Part shown: piece by piece, positions 1 to 10,189 of the stretch
How the letters are laid out: every line of letters begins with the position of its first letter
How positions within the stretch are numbered: position 1 is the first letter of the stretch
Assembly: GCA_963822945.1 (NCBI GenBank)
Contig: CAWGJO010000022.1
Span: forward strand, 27,891-91,890
Source: an uncultured Gemmatimonadaceae bacterium
GTDB lineage: Bacteria > Gemmatimonadota > Gemmatimonadetes > Gemmatimonadales > Gemmatimonadaceae
Direction of reading: 5' to 3'
DNA length: 64,000 nucleotides
Notes under the pieces: generated by a model
What the model saw: the letters and a program-made list of their open reading frames with translations, nothing else
Told to the model about the DNA's origin: nothing
Database searches by the model: none
Made by a program: the position numbers and the translations under genes

Positions 1-669
1 CTCGGCCAACGTCACCGCGATCTGAAGAACGGGCTGTCGGTGCCACCGAGGTTCACGCCGGCCGGCATCGCGAACATGATGACCAAACCGCGGTGGTGCC
101 TGGGCATGCTCGGCACGAGGCGCCACCACTTCGGCAACGTCATCGGCCACGTGAAAGGCGTGGAGAGCCTGCGCTCGCTGTCGGAATGGTCGGCCGGACA
201 GCTCGACCCGAGGCTGAGCTGGCGCGACGTGGAGTGGATCCGCGGATTGTGGAAGGGCAAGCTGATTCTGAAGGGGATCCAGGACGTGGAGGACGCGAAG
301 CACGCCGCCGACTCGGGCGCCGACGCGCTGATCGTCAGCAACCACGGCGGCCGTCAGTTGGACGGCGCAGAGTCGAGCATCCGCGCGCTGCCGGCGATCG
401 TCGAGGCGGTGGGCTCGCGCATCGAGGTGCACATGGACGGCGGCATCCGATCCGGGCAGGACGTGCTGAAGGCGTGGGCGCTCGGCGCGCGCGGCACCTA
501 CATCGGGCGCGCCTTCAACTACGGGCTGGGTGCCCTGGGCGAGGCCGGCGTGACGCGGGCGCTGGAGATCATCCACCGCGAGTTCGATCTCACGATGGCG
601 TTCTGCGGCCGCACCCAGATCGCGCAGGTGGACCGCAGCGTACTCCTGCCCGGCAGTTACCCCGCCTGA
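1..669 (+). CDS. lldD: FMN-dependent alpha-hydroxy-acid dehydrogenase (L-lactate dehydrogenase/glycolate oxidase family), 5'-truncated by window edge
   Basis: Frame is open from base 1 (LGQRHRDLKNGLSVPP); family motifs LKGI, SNHGGRQLD, DGGIRSGQD and LGA..IGR. Confidence 0.85.
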   Translation, partial: LGQRHRDLKNGLSVPPRFTPAGIANMMTKPRWCLGMLGTRRHHFGNVIGHVKGVESLRSLSEWSAGQLDPRLSWRDVEWIRGLWKGKLILKGIQDVEDAKHAADSGADALIVSNHGGRQLDGAESSIRALPAIVEAVGSRIEVHMDGGIRSGQDVLKAWALGARGTYIGRAFNYGLGALGEAGVTRALEIIHREFDLTMAFCGRTQIAQVDRSVLLPGSYPA

Positions 670-678
670 CCGGCGCGC

Positions 679-963
679 CTACGCCGGCCGCCAGAACCGC
701 ACCGACCAGTCGTCGTCGGCCAGCGACTCCATGTGGTACACGAACCCCCGCTCCGACAGCATCCCGATGAGCGGAACGGGCGCCAGCGTCGCACGCACGT
801 GAAGAACGTGGGTGGCCGGCAGCGCGTCCACGGCGGCCATGATCTTCGAGAAGGGCTCGCGGCCCGTACGGAGATCCTCGCGCACGTCCACTTCGGTGAC
901 GGGGGCGTCGGCGGGGAACTCGACGAACGCTCCGTCCGGCGTGACTGCGTAGATCCGACTCAT
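679..963 (-). CDS. DUF2249 domain protein (94 aa)
   Basis: C-terminal part of ORF 679..2487 from ATG 963: DVREDLRTGREPFSKIMAAVDAL...APVPLIGMLSERGF..WSVRF; start overlaps the stop of the upstream gene. Confidence 0.8.
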   Translation of the reverse strand: MSRIYAVTPDGAFVEFPADAPVTEVDVREDLRTGREPFSKIMAAVDALPATHVLHVRATLAPVPLIGMLSERGFVYHMESLADDDWSVRFWRPA

Positions 964-2331
964 GCCGACCCCCGTGGCGATGCGGGCGCCCGTGGCACTC
1001 CCCAGCGCATACGCGCGACCTGGGAGGCGAACAGCAGCGCCGAGAACAGGAAGAGCAGGGCGCCGCCGCGCGCGACGCCCACCGCGGACCACCCGATGCC
1101 CGCCAGCAGCAACACAACACCCGCCACGTGCGCTGTCAACTGCCACCGGGCGGCGCGCGCGGAGTACAGGTCGGTGACGGCGGGCACGCGTCCCCGGTTG
1201 AGGCGTCCCCCGAAGCGGGACGTCCACGCCAGCGTGGGCATGATCTCGTAGAGAAAGCCGGTGACGAACGGCACCAGGAATCCGAGAATGCCGGTCACCA
1301 CGTACGCCGTGGCCAGCCGCGTGTGCGCCGGTCCGAGGGCGAGCAGCACGGGACCGAGTGCGGCGCACGCCGCCAGGAAGGGAAGACTCGCGCGCACGAA
1401 TCGCATCCCCGTATCCAGCCGGCGCGACCGGGCGCGGTAGAAGAGGTACGTCTGCCAAAGGAACGCGGCGACTCCCGCGTCGAGCAGCAGGGCGCCCGTC
1501 CACGTAACGGCGCGCATCTGCGTCACGAGTCCAACGGCGAGCACGGGCACGCCAAGCGCCAACAGGAGGAGTGCGCGCCCACTCCAACGGCCGTCGGCGC
1601 TGTGCGCCACCATGAACATCGGCATCAACCGCCGCGACACGCCGACGATGACGATGAGGCCCCATCCCACGAGGGCCACGTGCAGATGCGCGGCGAGGAT
1701 GCGCACGCGCGCGGCGGCTACGAAGCCCGTGTGCAGGTTGTGGCTCAGCACGAGACCGAAGGCGAGGGTGAGCGCCAGGAAGGCGACGCCGAGGGCGATC
1801 CCAGCCCAGGTAACGTCGCGCGTGCGGCCCCGCGGGAGCGTGGCGGCGACATTGCCCACGGCCAGCAGGGTCCCTGCGGCGACGAGCAGCACGCCGGGGA
1901 TCATCACCGGCAGGGTGCCCTCCGACACGCCGTACGCGAACAGCGCGATGCCGGGGGCGAGGAGCCAGAACGCCACGTGGCCGAGTCGCACCGACCAAAT
2001 CGGAGCGCCGAGCGCCATGGGCAGCAGTTGGCCGAGCGCGCCGAAGATGGTGAGGGTCAGCCAACCGAGCGTGAACAGGTGCGTGACGCCGGCGACGTGC
2101 GGATCGAGGTACAGGCCGCTGGCGAGTGCGGGCGCCACCCAAACGACTCCCGCCGCGCCGGCGAGCAGATACGCCGAGGCGGCGGCGAGATGCTCTCCCA
2201 CGAGGCGCCCCGACGCCCGCGGGGCGGGACGGGGCGCGGCGGGCGCGGCGGGCTGCGGGTGTCGTCGAGTCGCGCCGCGCCGCCGGGGCAACGGCGGCGT
2301 GTTGCGTTCGGGGATGATGTTCGACCTTCAT
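960..2331 (-). CDS. Multi-pass membrane protein of the DUF2249-associated type (NnrS/heme-copper oxidase subunit I-like), probable indel near 5' end
   Basis: About 12 hydrophobic segments with THLFTLGW, HLHVALVGW, QLLP and RLMPMF motifs; likely ATG at 2331 with upstream GGAG lies in a different frame from ORF 960..2291. Confidence 0.65.
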
Positions 2332-2388
2332 GACGCACGTGCTCCTGTTCGGTTCGGACGAAGGGTGACCGTGGCAGCCGGTCCGGGA

Positions 2389-2404
2389 CGTGACGGATGT
2401 CGCA
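2389..2404. promoter_or_regulatory. CRP/FNR-family-like box 1 (CGTGACGGATGTCGCA)
   Basis: GTGAC-N4-GTCGC imperfect palindrome with TGTGA-N6-TCACA spacing, in a divergent intergenic region. Confidence 0.55.
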
Positions 2405-2479
2405 CGGCGGCCGGTCGCCTGACGGGGGCCGTCCTCGTCGAGCGGCGGGACGAGGGGGCCGGGTGTGGTCCGGGGTGCG

Positions 2480-2495
2480 AGTGACAACAGTCACG
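2480..2495. promoter_or_regulatory. CRP/FNR-family-like box 2 (AGTGACAACAGTCACG)
   Basis: Perfect GTGAC-N4-GTCAC palindrome about 85 bp upstream of ATG 2580; second copy of the same motif. Confidence 0.6.
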
Positions 2496-2579
2496 CGGCG
2501 CGTCCATGCGATCGGGCAGACTGGAGGGGTGCCCGAGTCCGGACTTCGCCGGGCCCGTTCAACCGACGAGGAAATCAAG

Positions 2580-2783
2580 ATGGCGACTGCTCACGCATTC
2601 GATCCGACGCTCACCGTGAACGAGATGATGGCGCGCGAACCGCGCACGATCGCGGTGTTCAACCAATTCGGCATGGACACCTGTTGCGGCAGCGGCGTGC
2701 CGATTGCCGATGCCGCGCGGCGCGACGGAGTAGCGCTCGAGGTGCTGCTCGCCGCGCTTCGGTCGGCGGTGGGGGCGTCATGA
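2580..2783 (+). CDS. Stand-alone ScdA/RIC N-terminal domain (DUF542-like) protein, 67 aa
   Basis: TVNEMM...AVFNQFGMDTCCGSG..IADAA matches the DxCCGG motif of the repair-of-iron-centres N-domain; GAGGA RBS. Confidence 0.8.
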   Translation: MATAHAFDPTLTVNEMMAREPRTIAVFNQFGMDTCCGSGVPIADAARRDGVALEVLLAALRSAVGAS

Positions 2784-3115
2784 ACGTGTACCAGCCGGCG
2801 GCCATCGCGGCGGCCGCTCCGTCGGCGCGGCCCGACCGGCCGGCGATGGCCATCGCCCACGACTCGCCCGACGCGCGTCTGGTGGTGTTCCGGATCGAAC
2901 CGGGACAGCAGGTGGCGCCGCACACCAGCGCCTCGACCGTGATCCTGTCGGTGGTCGCCGGATCGGGTCTCGTCTCGGGAGCGGACGGCGAGCATCCCGC
3001 GGGGCCCGGGGACGTGGTGGCCTACGCGCCCGACGAACGGCACGGGATGCGGGCGCTGGCCGAACCCTTCGTGGTGCTGGCCACCATCGCGCCGCGGCCG
3101 GGCGGCGGGCAGTAG
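2780..3115 (+). CDS. Cupin domain protein
   Basis: PGQQVAPHTS...VVAGSG...PGDVVAYAPDERHGMRA; ATGA overlap with previous gene. Confidence 0.85.
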   Translation: MNVYQPAAIAAAAPSARPDRPAMAIAHDSPDARLVVFRIEPGQQVAPHTSASTVILSVVAGSGLVSGADGEHPAGPGDVVAYAPDERHGMRALAEPFVVLATIAPRPGGGQ

Positions 3116-3121
3116 CGGCCC

Positions 3122-3577
3122 ATGCACTCCCTCGTGCGGCGGTACATCAAGACGGCGATCGGGTTTCTGATCGTGGGGTTGGGCATCGGCGGCTGGATGA
3201 TCGTCCGCCGCGAGATCTGGCAGCGGTATCCGGCACCCTACGAGGTGAGCGCGCACACCCATGCCATCTTCGTCGGGTTCGTGATGATGATGATCATGGG
3301 TGTGGCGCTCTGGTTGTTTCCGCGGCCGGAGCGCACGGACACGCGCTACCGGCCGGCCGTGGCCGCCGCCGCGTACTGGTGCGTGACCGTGGGAACCGCG
3401 GTGCGCGTGGTGGGGGAGTTGCTGCGGACGTCCGTCGCCGACGGCTGGCTGCGGTGGGCGGTCGTGGCGAGTGCGTTCGTGCAGATCGCGGGGATCGCGC
3501 TGTTCTTCCACACGATGTGGTCGCGGATCCGCGCCGTCGGCAGCCAGGCGCGCGAGGCGGCGGGCGAGCGGTTCTGA
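3122..3577 (+). CDS. Small 4-TM membrane protein (cytochrome oxidase subunit I-like fragment family)
   Basis: Four hydrophobic helices with SAHTHAIFVGFVMMMIMGVALWLFPR; similar to the repeat units of 960..2331. Confidence 0.7.
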   Translation: MHSLVRRYIKTAIGFLIVGLGIGGWMIVRREIWQRYPAPYEVSAHTHAIFVGFVMMMIMGVALWLFPRPERTDTRYRPAVAAAAYWCVTVGTAVRVVGELLRTSVADGWLRWAVVASAFVQIAGIALFFHTMWSRIRAVGSQAREAAGERF

Positions 3578-3783
3578 GGCGCAGGGACTCCTGATGCGCC
3601 GGCCGCGGCGAGATGGTGTGGACCCCTACAAACTCGGGAACTCTGCTGACTCCCAGCGTCGGCCGGCGCCGGCATATTCACGGTGTTCACCCGGCTGGTG
3701 CCGCGCGCGGCGGGCAGTGTTGCCGGGCGGGAGAGCGCCCGCCGGGGTGAACGACCTGCCAGCACTCGCATCGGGAGGGCGAT

Positions 3784-4017
3784 ATGACCAAGGCCACGAA
3801 GAAGCTCGCGCGGCGCGGCAAGTCCGCGGCCCGGAAGGGCTATGAGAAGGTGGAATCGAACGTGATGGCCGCGGTGGGGCGAAAGACCGTCAGGGGAAAG
3901 GCGAAGATCGCAAAGACGGTGGCCAGCCGGGCGGCAAAGGGGGCGTTGATCGCGGGAAGCGTTGCCGCCGCCGGCGTGTTGGTGTCGGAAGTCAGGAAGC
4001 GCCGCAAACCCGCATGA
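3784..4017 (+). CDS. Small basic hypothetical protein (77 aa)
   Basis: GGAGG RBS; Lys/Arg-rich with a C-terminal hydrophobic segment; ATGA overlap with next gene. Confidence 0.6.
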   Translation: MTKATKKLARRGKSAARKGYEKVESNVMAAVGRKTVRGKAKIAKTVASRAAKGALIAGSVAAAGVLVSEVRKRRKPA

Positions 4018-4994
4018 TGCGTGCTGCCGCCAAGGGGAGGCGATGTCGCCTCCTCGCGGTGGCGATGTTCGCGGGGTTCGCCGCCGCCTGGTCGGTGCCG
4101 GCGCAGCAGAGCGATACGTCCTACACGGGCTCGATTGCCGCGATCGCGCGACGCCAGGCGGTAGATGACAGCATCGCGGCGCCCGGCGCGCGGAGCATCC
4201 TGTTGCTCCGCGGGGCGCCGACGCCGAGGGTGATGGTGCTCCTGCACGGACTCACCGATTCGCCGCGGCAGTTCGAAGCGTTGGCGTATCTGCTGTACGC
4301 GGACGGGAACAACGTCTACGTGCCACGCCTTCCGCAGCATGGGTTGCGGGGCGGGAACGTCGACGCGCTTTCGGCGCTGACCGCGGCTCAGTTGCGGGGC
4401 GTGGCGGATTCGGTGGTGCGTGAGGCGCGCGGGCTCGGGGACTCGGTGGTGGTGGTGGGCCTGAGCATGGGCGCCACGGTGGGTGCCTGGATCGCGCAGC
4501 AGCGTCCCGTCGCGCGCGCGGTGCTCATCGCGCCGGCGATCGAGCCGGGGCGCATCCCGTCATTGCTCGACCGTCCGCTCATCGGCCTTGCCGACCGCTT
4601 GCCGAGCATGACGCGGCGATCGGCGCCGGACCCCGACCGCCCTGATCGCGAACCGGGATTCGACTTGCGGGCGGCAGCCGAGATCTTCGAGCTCGGGAAC
4701 GCCGTCCTGCAGGACGCCGAGCGCGAAGCGCCGCGCACGCCTGAGATCACGGTTCTGGTGAACGCCGCCGACCGCACGGTGAAGGAATCAGCCGCGGAAG
4801 CGATGGCGCGCCACTGGGCACTGCACGGCGCGACGGTGTCGGTGTTCGAACTGCCCGATTCGCTCCGGCTGCCGCACAACATCATCGATCCGCTCCGCGG
4901 CCGTGTCGGCGGCGCCCAGGTGCTGGAACTGCTCCGGGAACTCGCCTACGGGTGGCCGCCGGCCGCGCTCGCGAGACGGCTTCCCGTGCGCTGA
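4014..4994 (+). CDS. Secreted alpha/beta hydrolase (carboxylesterase-like)
   Basis: Signal peptide, VLLHGL oxyanion motif, GLSMG nucleophile elbow, D(ADRTV) and H(LPHN). Confidence 0.85.
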   Translation: MMRAAAKGRRCRLLAVAMFAGFAAAWSVPAQQSDTSYTGSIAAIARRQAVDDSIAAPGARSILLLRGAPTPRVMVLLHGLTDSPRQFEALAYLLYADGNNVYVPRLPQHGLRGGNVDALSALTAAQLRGVADSVVREARGLGDSVVVVGLSMGATVGAWIAQQRPVARAVLIAPAIEPGRIPSLLDRPLIGLADRLPSMTRRSAPDPDRPDREPGFDLRAAAEIFELGNAVLQDAEREAPRTPEITVLVNAADRTVKESAAEAMARHWALHGATVSVFELPDSLRLPHNIIDPLRGRVGGAQVLELLRELAYGWPPAALARRLPVR

Positions 4995-5005
4995 CCGGGC
5001 CGCGG

Positions 5006-6676
5006 TCAGGGGTCGGCGGTCAGAAGACGCGACTGCTCCGGGTTGAAGCTGCCGACGAGGTCGATGGACGAGGCGCCGAACCGCACCGCCGCCGCGTGGG
5101 CCCGCCGGTCGTTCTCGTGATCGAGCGACCACTGCGCATGTTGCGCGAGGAACGCAGCGGCGGTGGCGCGCCCCAGCGTGAGCGCAAAGCGACGGGCGTC
5201 GGCCTCCCGCGTTGCGTCGGTGCGTGAGGGATGTTCGGCCAGCCATTCGCGCGCCGCGCGGAGGGCCGCACGTACACGATCCCCCACGACGACGAGTTCC
5301 GGGTCGGGCACGTCCGCCAATGCGAGGTCCACGGCGCGGATCAGCGGCACGATTCCCTCGGTGCCGAGCGCCCGCAGCGCGTCGAGCGAGAGCACGTTGG
5401 TGGTGCCCTCCCAGATGGTGAGCACCTGCGTGTCGCGCAGGAGCACGGGGAGCCCGGTGTCCTCCACGTATCCGGCACCGCCGAACGACTCCAGCACCTC
5501 CGACACCACGGCCACAGCTTGTCGCCCCGTCGTGAGCTTGACCACGGGCGTGAGCAACCGGAGCAGCGCCTCTTCCTCCGCACTCGCCTGGCCAGCCTCG
5601 ACGCGTCCCAGCAGTTCCACCAGCCGGAAGGTGAGGTGAAACGAGGCCTCGAATTCCGCCTGGAGTCCGGCGAGCGTGTCCGCATGCAGCGGCTGCTCGG
5701 CGAGTGGGCGCCCGAAGGCCCGGCGCAGCCCGGCATAGGAGCGGGCGAGCGCCAGGCCGCGCCGCATGTAGGCCAGCGCGGCCACCGAGTTCCAGGTGCG
5801 CGTGATGTTGAGCACGGTGCTGATGGCGCGCACGCCGTTGGCGAGTTCGCCCACGGGAATGGCGGGCGTTCCGTCGAGGGTGAGTTCCGCCGTCGGCAGC
5901 TTGCGGGTGCCGAGCTTGTCCTTGAGCCGGTCGACGGACAGGTGATTCGGTGCGCCGGCATCGTCGCGCGTCTCGACGTAGAACATGGCGAGTCCGCGGC
6001 CGCCGGCCGGATTGCCCTCGGGGCGCGCCAGGGTGAGTGCCATCTGCGAGGTGATGGCCGAGGTGAACCACTTGCGTCCGTACAAACGCCAGCCCGCGCC
6101 GTCATCGTGGCGCGCGACCGTTTCCGAGGGCGCGACGTCGGAGCCACCGATCTGTTCGGTCATCCACTGCCCGCTGGTCCAGAATCGGGCGGGGTCGCGG
6201 CTCGTGAGGTGGGGCAGGGCGCGGTCGATGAGCGCCTGGTTGCCCGACACGACGAGCGCGCGCGCCGCGCCGTCGCTCATGGCGAGGGGGCAGGCGTAGA
6301 TCTCGGTGGAGGCCGTGAACAGGTACACGAGGGCGAGCTGCAGCACGCGTGATCGCTCGGCGAGCGGACGCTCGTACGCCAGCGCCACGAGCCCTTCGCG
6401 GGCCGCGATCTCCTCGGCTCGGCGCCAGAGCGGGGTGGTGTCGATGCGGTCGATGCGGTTGCCCCACGCGTCCCACTGCACGAGGGCCGGTTCGAGCTCG
6501 CGTTCGGCGAGCTGCTGCGCGTACAGCTCGCCGCCGGCGAGGGCGCCCAGACGTTCGAGTTGTGGTATCGCGGCCCGCAGTTGGTCGGGGCCCAGAACGC
6601 GCGCGAGATAGCTGCGCAGCACGCGGTCGTCCGTGTATTGATTTCCGAGGCTCGGCGGGGTCTGGATGAATCCCAT
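5006..6676 (-). CDS. Acyl-CoA dehydrogenase (AidB-like)
   Basis: CPLAMSDGA, GQWMTEQIGGSD, GRKWFTS, RLKDKLGT, FGGAGYVED and IWEGTTNVL; start at MGFIQTPP. Confidence 0.9.
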   Translation of the reverse strand: MGFIQTPPSLGNQYTDDRVLRSYLARVLGPDQLRAAIPQLERLGALAGGELYAQQLAERELEPALVQWDAWGNRIDRIDTTPLWRRAEEIAAREGLVALAYERPLAERSRVLQLALVYLFTASTEIYACPLAMSDGAARALVVSGNQALIDRALPHLTSRDPARFWTSGQWMTEQIGGSDVAPSETVARHDDGAGWRLYGRKWFTSAITSQMALTLARPEGNPAGGRGLAMFYVETRDDAGAPNHLSVDRLKDKLGTRKLPTAELTLDGTPAIPVGELANGVRAISTVLNITRTWNSVAALAYMRRGLALARSYAGLRRAFGRPLAEQPLHADTLAGLQAEFEASFHLTFRLVELLGRVEAGQASAEEEALLRLLTPVVKLTTGRQAVAVVSEVLESFGGAGYVEDTGLPVLLRDTQVLTIWEGTTNVLSLDALRALGTEGIVPLIRAVDLALADVPDPELVVVGDRVRAALRAAREWLAEHPSRTDATREADARRFALTLGRATAAAFLAQHAQWSLDHENDRRAHAAAVRFGASSIDLVGSFNPEQSRLLTADP

Positions 6677-6815
6677 GGTGGCACTCCATTGCGGCGAGAC
6701 GGCCGAGCGCCGGCTCGGTCCATTCGAATCATACCATGGTTGCGCGCGGGGCTGCGGCGAGTCGGTTCGTCGTGTCGTGGCGTGGGTTGGGAGCAGCCCG
6801 CGGGCCACCCCGGCC

Positions 6816-7286
6816 CTACGCCTGGGAGAGGGCGACCACGGCCAGGCACCACGCGACCACGCTCAGCGCCACGCGCGCCCAGTTCCAGCCGACCCAGCGG
6901 CGCACGACGCCACCGACCGCTGCCGCCGACATACCGGCGCCGTGCCCCAGGAACAGCCCCTTCAGGGTCGGGCGAAAATAGAACATGGTGCTCGCCAAAG
7001 CGGTCAACTCGAGGAGGGCCGAAGTCACGATCCAGGTCCGTGCGGGCTGGGGCGAGCGCCAGGCGATACCGAGCGCACCCAGCGCGAGGAGCCCGGCGAC
7101 CGGTGTCACGAAGGCCCAGAATGTCATGCCGGCGTTGATGGCCACCTGCCCGAACGGGTTGCCGGCTGCGAGCGTTTCCGGGACACCGCGCGACCAGAGC
7201 GGCACCACGACGCGCGATTCGTACAATCCGGCGCCGATGTTGATGCCGAGCGCCACGACGAACAAGTCCAACACGATCCGGGACAT
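6816..7286 (-). CDS. DUF1772-like membrane protein
   Basis: Four TM helices, YESRVVVPLW and RRW..WNWAR motifs; AAGGAGGA RBS. Confidence 0.7.
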   Translation of the reverse strand: MSRIVLDLFVVALGINIGAGLYESRVVVPLWSRGVPETLAAGNPFGQVAINAGMTFWAFVTPVAGLLALGALGIAWRSPQPARTWIVTSALLELTALASTMFYFRPTLKGLFLGHGAGMSAAAVGGVVRRWVGWNWARVALSVVAWCLAVVALSQA

Positions 7287-7318
7287 CCGCTCCTCCTTGC
7301 GATTGGCAATAGAATGGC

Positions 7319-7333
7319 TAGAGTAATACTCTA
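7319..7333. promoter_or_regulatory. Putative TetR operator TAGAGTA-A-TACTCTA
   Basis: Perfect 7-1-7 AT-rich palindrome between the divergent tetR and DUF1772 genes. Confidence 0.75.
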
Positions 7334-7372
7334 TCCAATATCGGACGTCAACATTCGGCGCCGGGAGGGCCA

Positions 7373-8032
7373 ATGGTCGGGAAGCGTCCCGGGAAGCGGC
7401 ACTATGAATCGCCGACGCGGCGCGCGCGGGCGGCCGCAACTCGGCAGCAGGTGGTCGGTGCCGCACGTGCGCTGTTTCTCGCTCAGGGATATGCGGCGAC
7501 GACCATCGAGGCGGTGGCGCACGACGCGGGTGTGGCGGTGCAGACGATCTATGCGACCTTCGGTTCGAAGCGCGCGATCCTGCTTGCGTTGCTGGACGCG
7601 CTCGAGGCCGAGGCCGATCTCGGGGCGCTCACGCGCGAGTTGCAGATCGCCGCCGACGATGAGCGCCGGCAGGCGGCCGCGATCGTGGCGTTCGAGGTTC
7701 GGCTGTTCCAACGGGGCGCCGGCGTGCTGGCGATGGTGCGGGGCGCCGGCGAAGCGGACGCCGATCTGACCGCGCTCTGGCGGGCCGGCGAGGCGCGCCG
7801 GCGTTCCGGGCTGGCTCCCGTCGTCCGGACGTGGAATCGCCGCGGCGTGCTGCGTGCGGGGGTGTCCGAACGGCAGGCGCTCGACATCGTCTGGGCGCTC
7901 ACCGGGGCCGACCACTACCGGCTGTTCGTGGAGGAGTGCGGCTGGTCGGCGCGCCGGTATCGCGCATGGCTGACCACGGCGCTCGTTGCGGCATTGTTCG
8001 GCGGGGCCGATGCGCGCGCCTCAGGCGGTTGA
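7373..8032 (+). CDS. TetR/AcrR family transcriptional regulator
   Basis: ARALFLAQGYAATTIEAVAHDAGVAVQTIYATFGSK helix-turn-helix. Confidence 0.92.
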   Translation: MVGKRPGKRHYESPTRRARAAATRQQVVGAARALFLAQGYAATTIEAVAHDAGVAVQTIYATFGSKRAILLALLDALEAEADLGALTRELQIAADDERRQAAAIVAFEVRLFQRGAGVLAMVRGAGEADADLTALWRAGEARRRSGLAPVVRTWNRRGVLRAGVSERQALDIVWALTGADHYRLFVEECGWSARRYRAWLTTALVAALFGGADARASGG

Positions 8033-8149
8033 CGATCGACGACTGGTCGGGGGATCGTCGTTCGGTAGCTTCTGGCGCCGCCGTGCACGGGCCCGCAAGT
8101 TTGGCCGGTCCCCTCCGCTCCCGACCTTCCCACCGCGACCCTTCGCCGC

Positions 8150-10121
8150 ATGCCACCAAAAGAACTCACCCTCCGCGGTCTCGTGCTCGGCGCGCTCATC
8201 ACGACGCTCTTCACGGCGGCCAATGTCTACCTCGGCCTCAAGGTCGGGCTCACGTTCGCCTCGTCCATTCCCGCCGCGGTGATCTCGATGGCCGTGCTCA
8301 GCGTGGTGAAGGATTCGTCGATTCTCGAGAACAACATCGTGCAGACGGTTGCGTCGGCGGCGGGCACGCTGTCGGCGATCATCTTCGTGCTGCCGGGCCT
8401 GGTGATCGTCGGCTGGTGGCAGGGATTTCCCTTCTGGGAGTCGTTTCTGGTGTGCGCGAGCGGCGGCGTTCTCGGGGTACTGTTCACGATCCCGTTGCGG
8501 CGCGCGCTGGTAACGACGTCCGACCTGCCGTATCCCGAAGGGGTGGCGGCGGCCGAGGTACTGCGGGTGGGGTCCGGTACGCGTGGCGAGACGACGGACG
8601 ACACCGGCGAGGCCCGGGAGGGACTGCGCGCGGTGATCCTGGGCGGGGCGACCTCGGCGGGGCTTGCGATCCTCACGGCCACGCAGATTGCCGCCGGCGA
8701 GTTGACGGGATACTTCCCGGTGGGCGTCTCGGCGGCGAGCGGGTACGACATGGCGTGGTCGCTCGCGCTCGTCGGCGCCGGGCACCTGGTAGGGCTGTCC
8801 GTGGGCATGGCGATGTTCGCCGGCCTCATCATTGCGTGGGGCATCGCGGTTCCGATCCTGACCGCCATGCAGGGGGCCATTCCGGCCGGCATGACGCTCG
8901 CCTCGAGCACCGCGCACATCTGGAGCACGCAGGTGCGGTTCATCGGCGCGGGCGCCATCGGCGTGGCTGCCATCTACACGCTGGCGACGCTGACCAGGCC
9001 CGTGGTCGGCGGGCTGGTGAGCACGCTGGTCGCGTCGCGTGCGGCGGCGGGCGGTGACGAGCGCGACCGGGACCTGTCGCCCGGGCTGGATTCTGGGGTT
9101 GGCCATCGGGTGCGCGTTGGTGGCCGGTGGCCTGGCCTATCACTTCGCCGCGGGTACGGTGCTGGCGCCGGAGGCCGGCCGGCTGACAGCCGTGGCCGTT
9201 CCATTCGTGGTGATCGTGGGGTTCATCATCGCCGGGATCTGCGGATACATGGCGGGCCTCATCGGCGCGTCGAACAGCCCGATTTCGGGGGTCGGCATTC
9301 TCTCGATCGTGGTGTGCGCGTCGATTCTGGCCATGGTGGTCCGGCCGGCCGATGCGGCCAAGCCGGCGCTCGTGGCGTTCTCGCTGTTCGTAACGGCCAT
9401 CGTGTTCGCGTGCGCGACCATTTCCAACGACAACCTCCAGGATCTGAAGACCGGCCAGCTCGTGGGCGCGTCGCCGCGGCGGCAGCAGATCGCGCTCATC
9501 GTGGGCGTGGGCGCCGGCGCGGCCGTCATTCCGTGGGTGCTCAACCTGCTCGCCAAGGCATACGGATTTGCCGGGGCTCCGAACGTGGGGGTGCTGGTGC
9601 CCGATCATGCGCTCCCGGCGCCGCAGGCCGTTCTGATCTCGGCGCTGGCCAAGGGCGTGATCGGGGGGAACCTCAACTGGACGATGATCGGCATCGGCGG
9701 CCTGGTGGGCGTGGGGCTGATTCTGGCCGATACGGCGCTCGGGGCGTTGCACAAGCTGCGCATTCCGCCGCTCGCCGTGGGGATCGGGATCTACCTACCG
9801 ATGTCGGCGACGTTCGCCGTCGTGGTGGGCGCGGTCTTGTCACACTGGTACGACCGGCGCGTGCGCCGGTTGCCCGATCCCGAACGCGCCCAGCGGCTGG
9901 GCACGCTGGTCGCCTCAGGGCTGATCGTCGGGGAGAGCCTGTGGGGCGTGCTCAACGCCGGGTTGATCGTGGGGCTGTCAAAGGAGGCGCCGATCGGGCT
10001 CGTGCCGTCGAGCTTCGCGCCGGCGCCATGGCTGGGTGTGCTGGGGTTCGTCGCGTGCCTGGTGTTCGTATACCGCTGGATGTTGCGGCGATCGGCCGAG
10101 ATGCAGGGGGCGGCGCAGTAG
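8150..10121 (+). CDS. OPT family oligopeptide transporter (one frameshift near 9082)
   Basis: ELTLRG..NVYLGLKVGLTFASSIPAAVIS, YPEGVAAAEV, then SNSPISG, NDNLQDLKTG, PAPQA and SGLIVGES in the second frame. Confidence 0.9.
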
Positions 10122-10189
10122 CGGGCCATGCGGGCGGGCGACGGTCGCTGATGCCACCGCGCGCCGCCCGTCACTGCACACGCTCCCTG

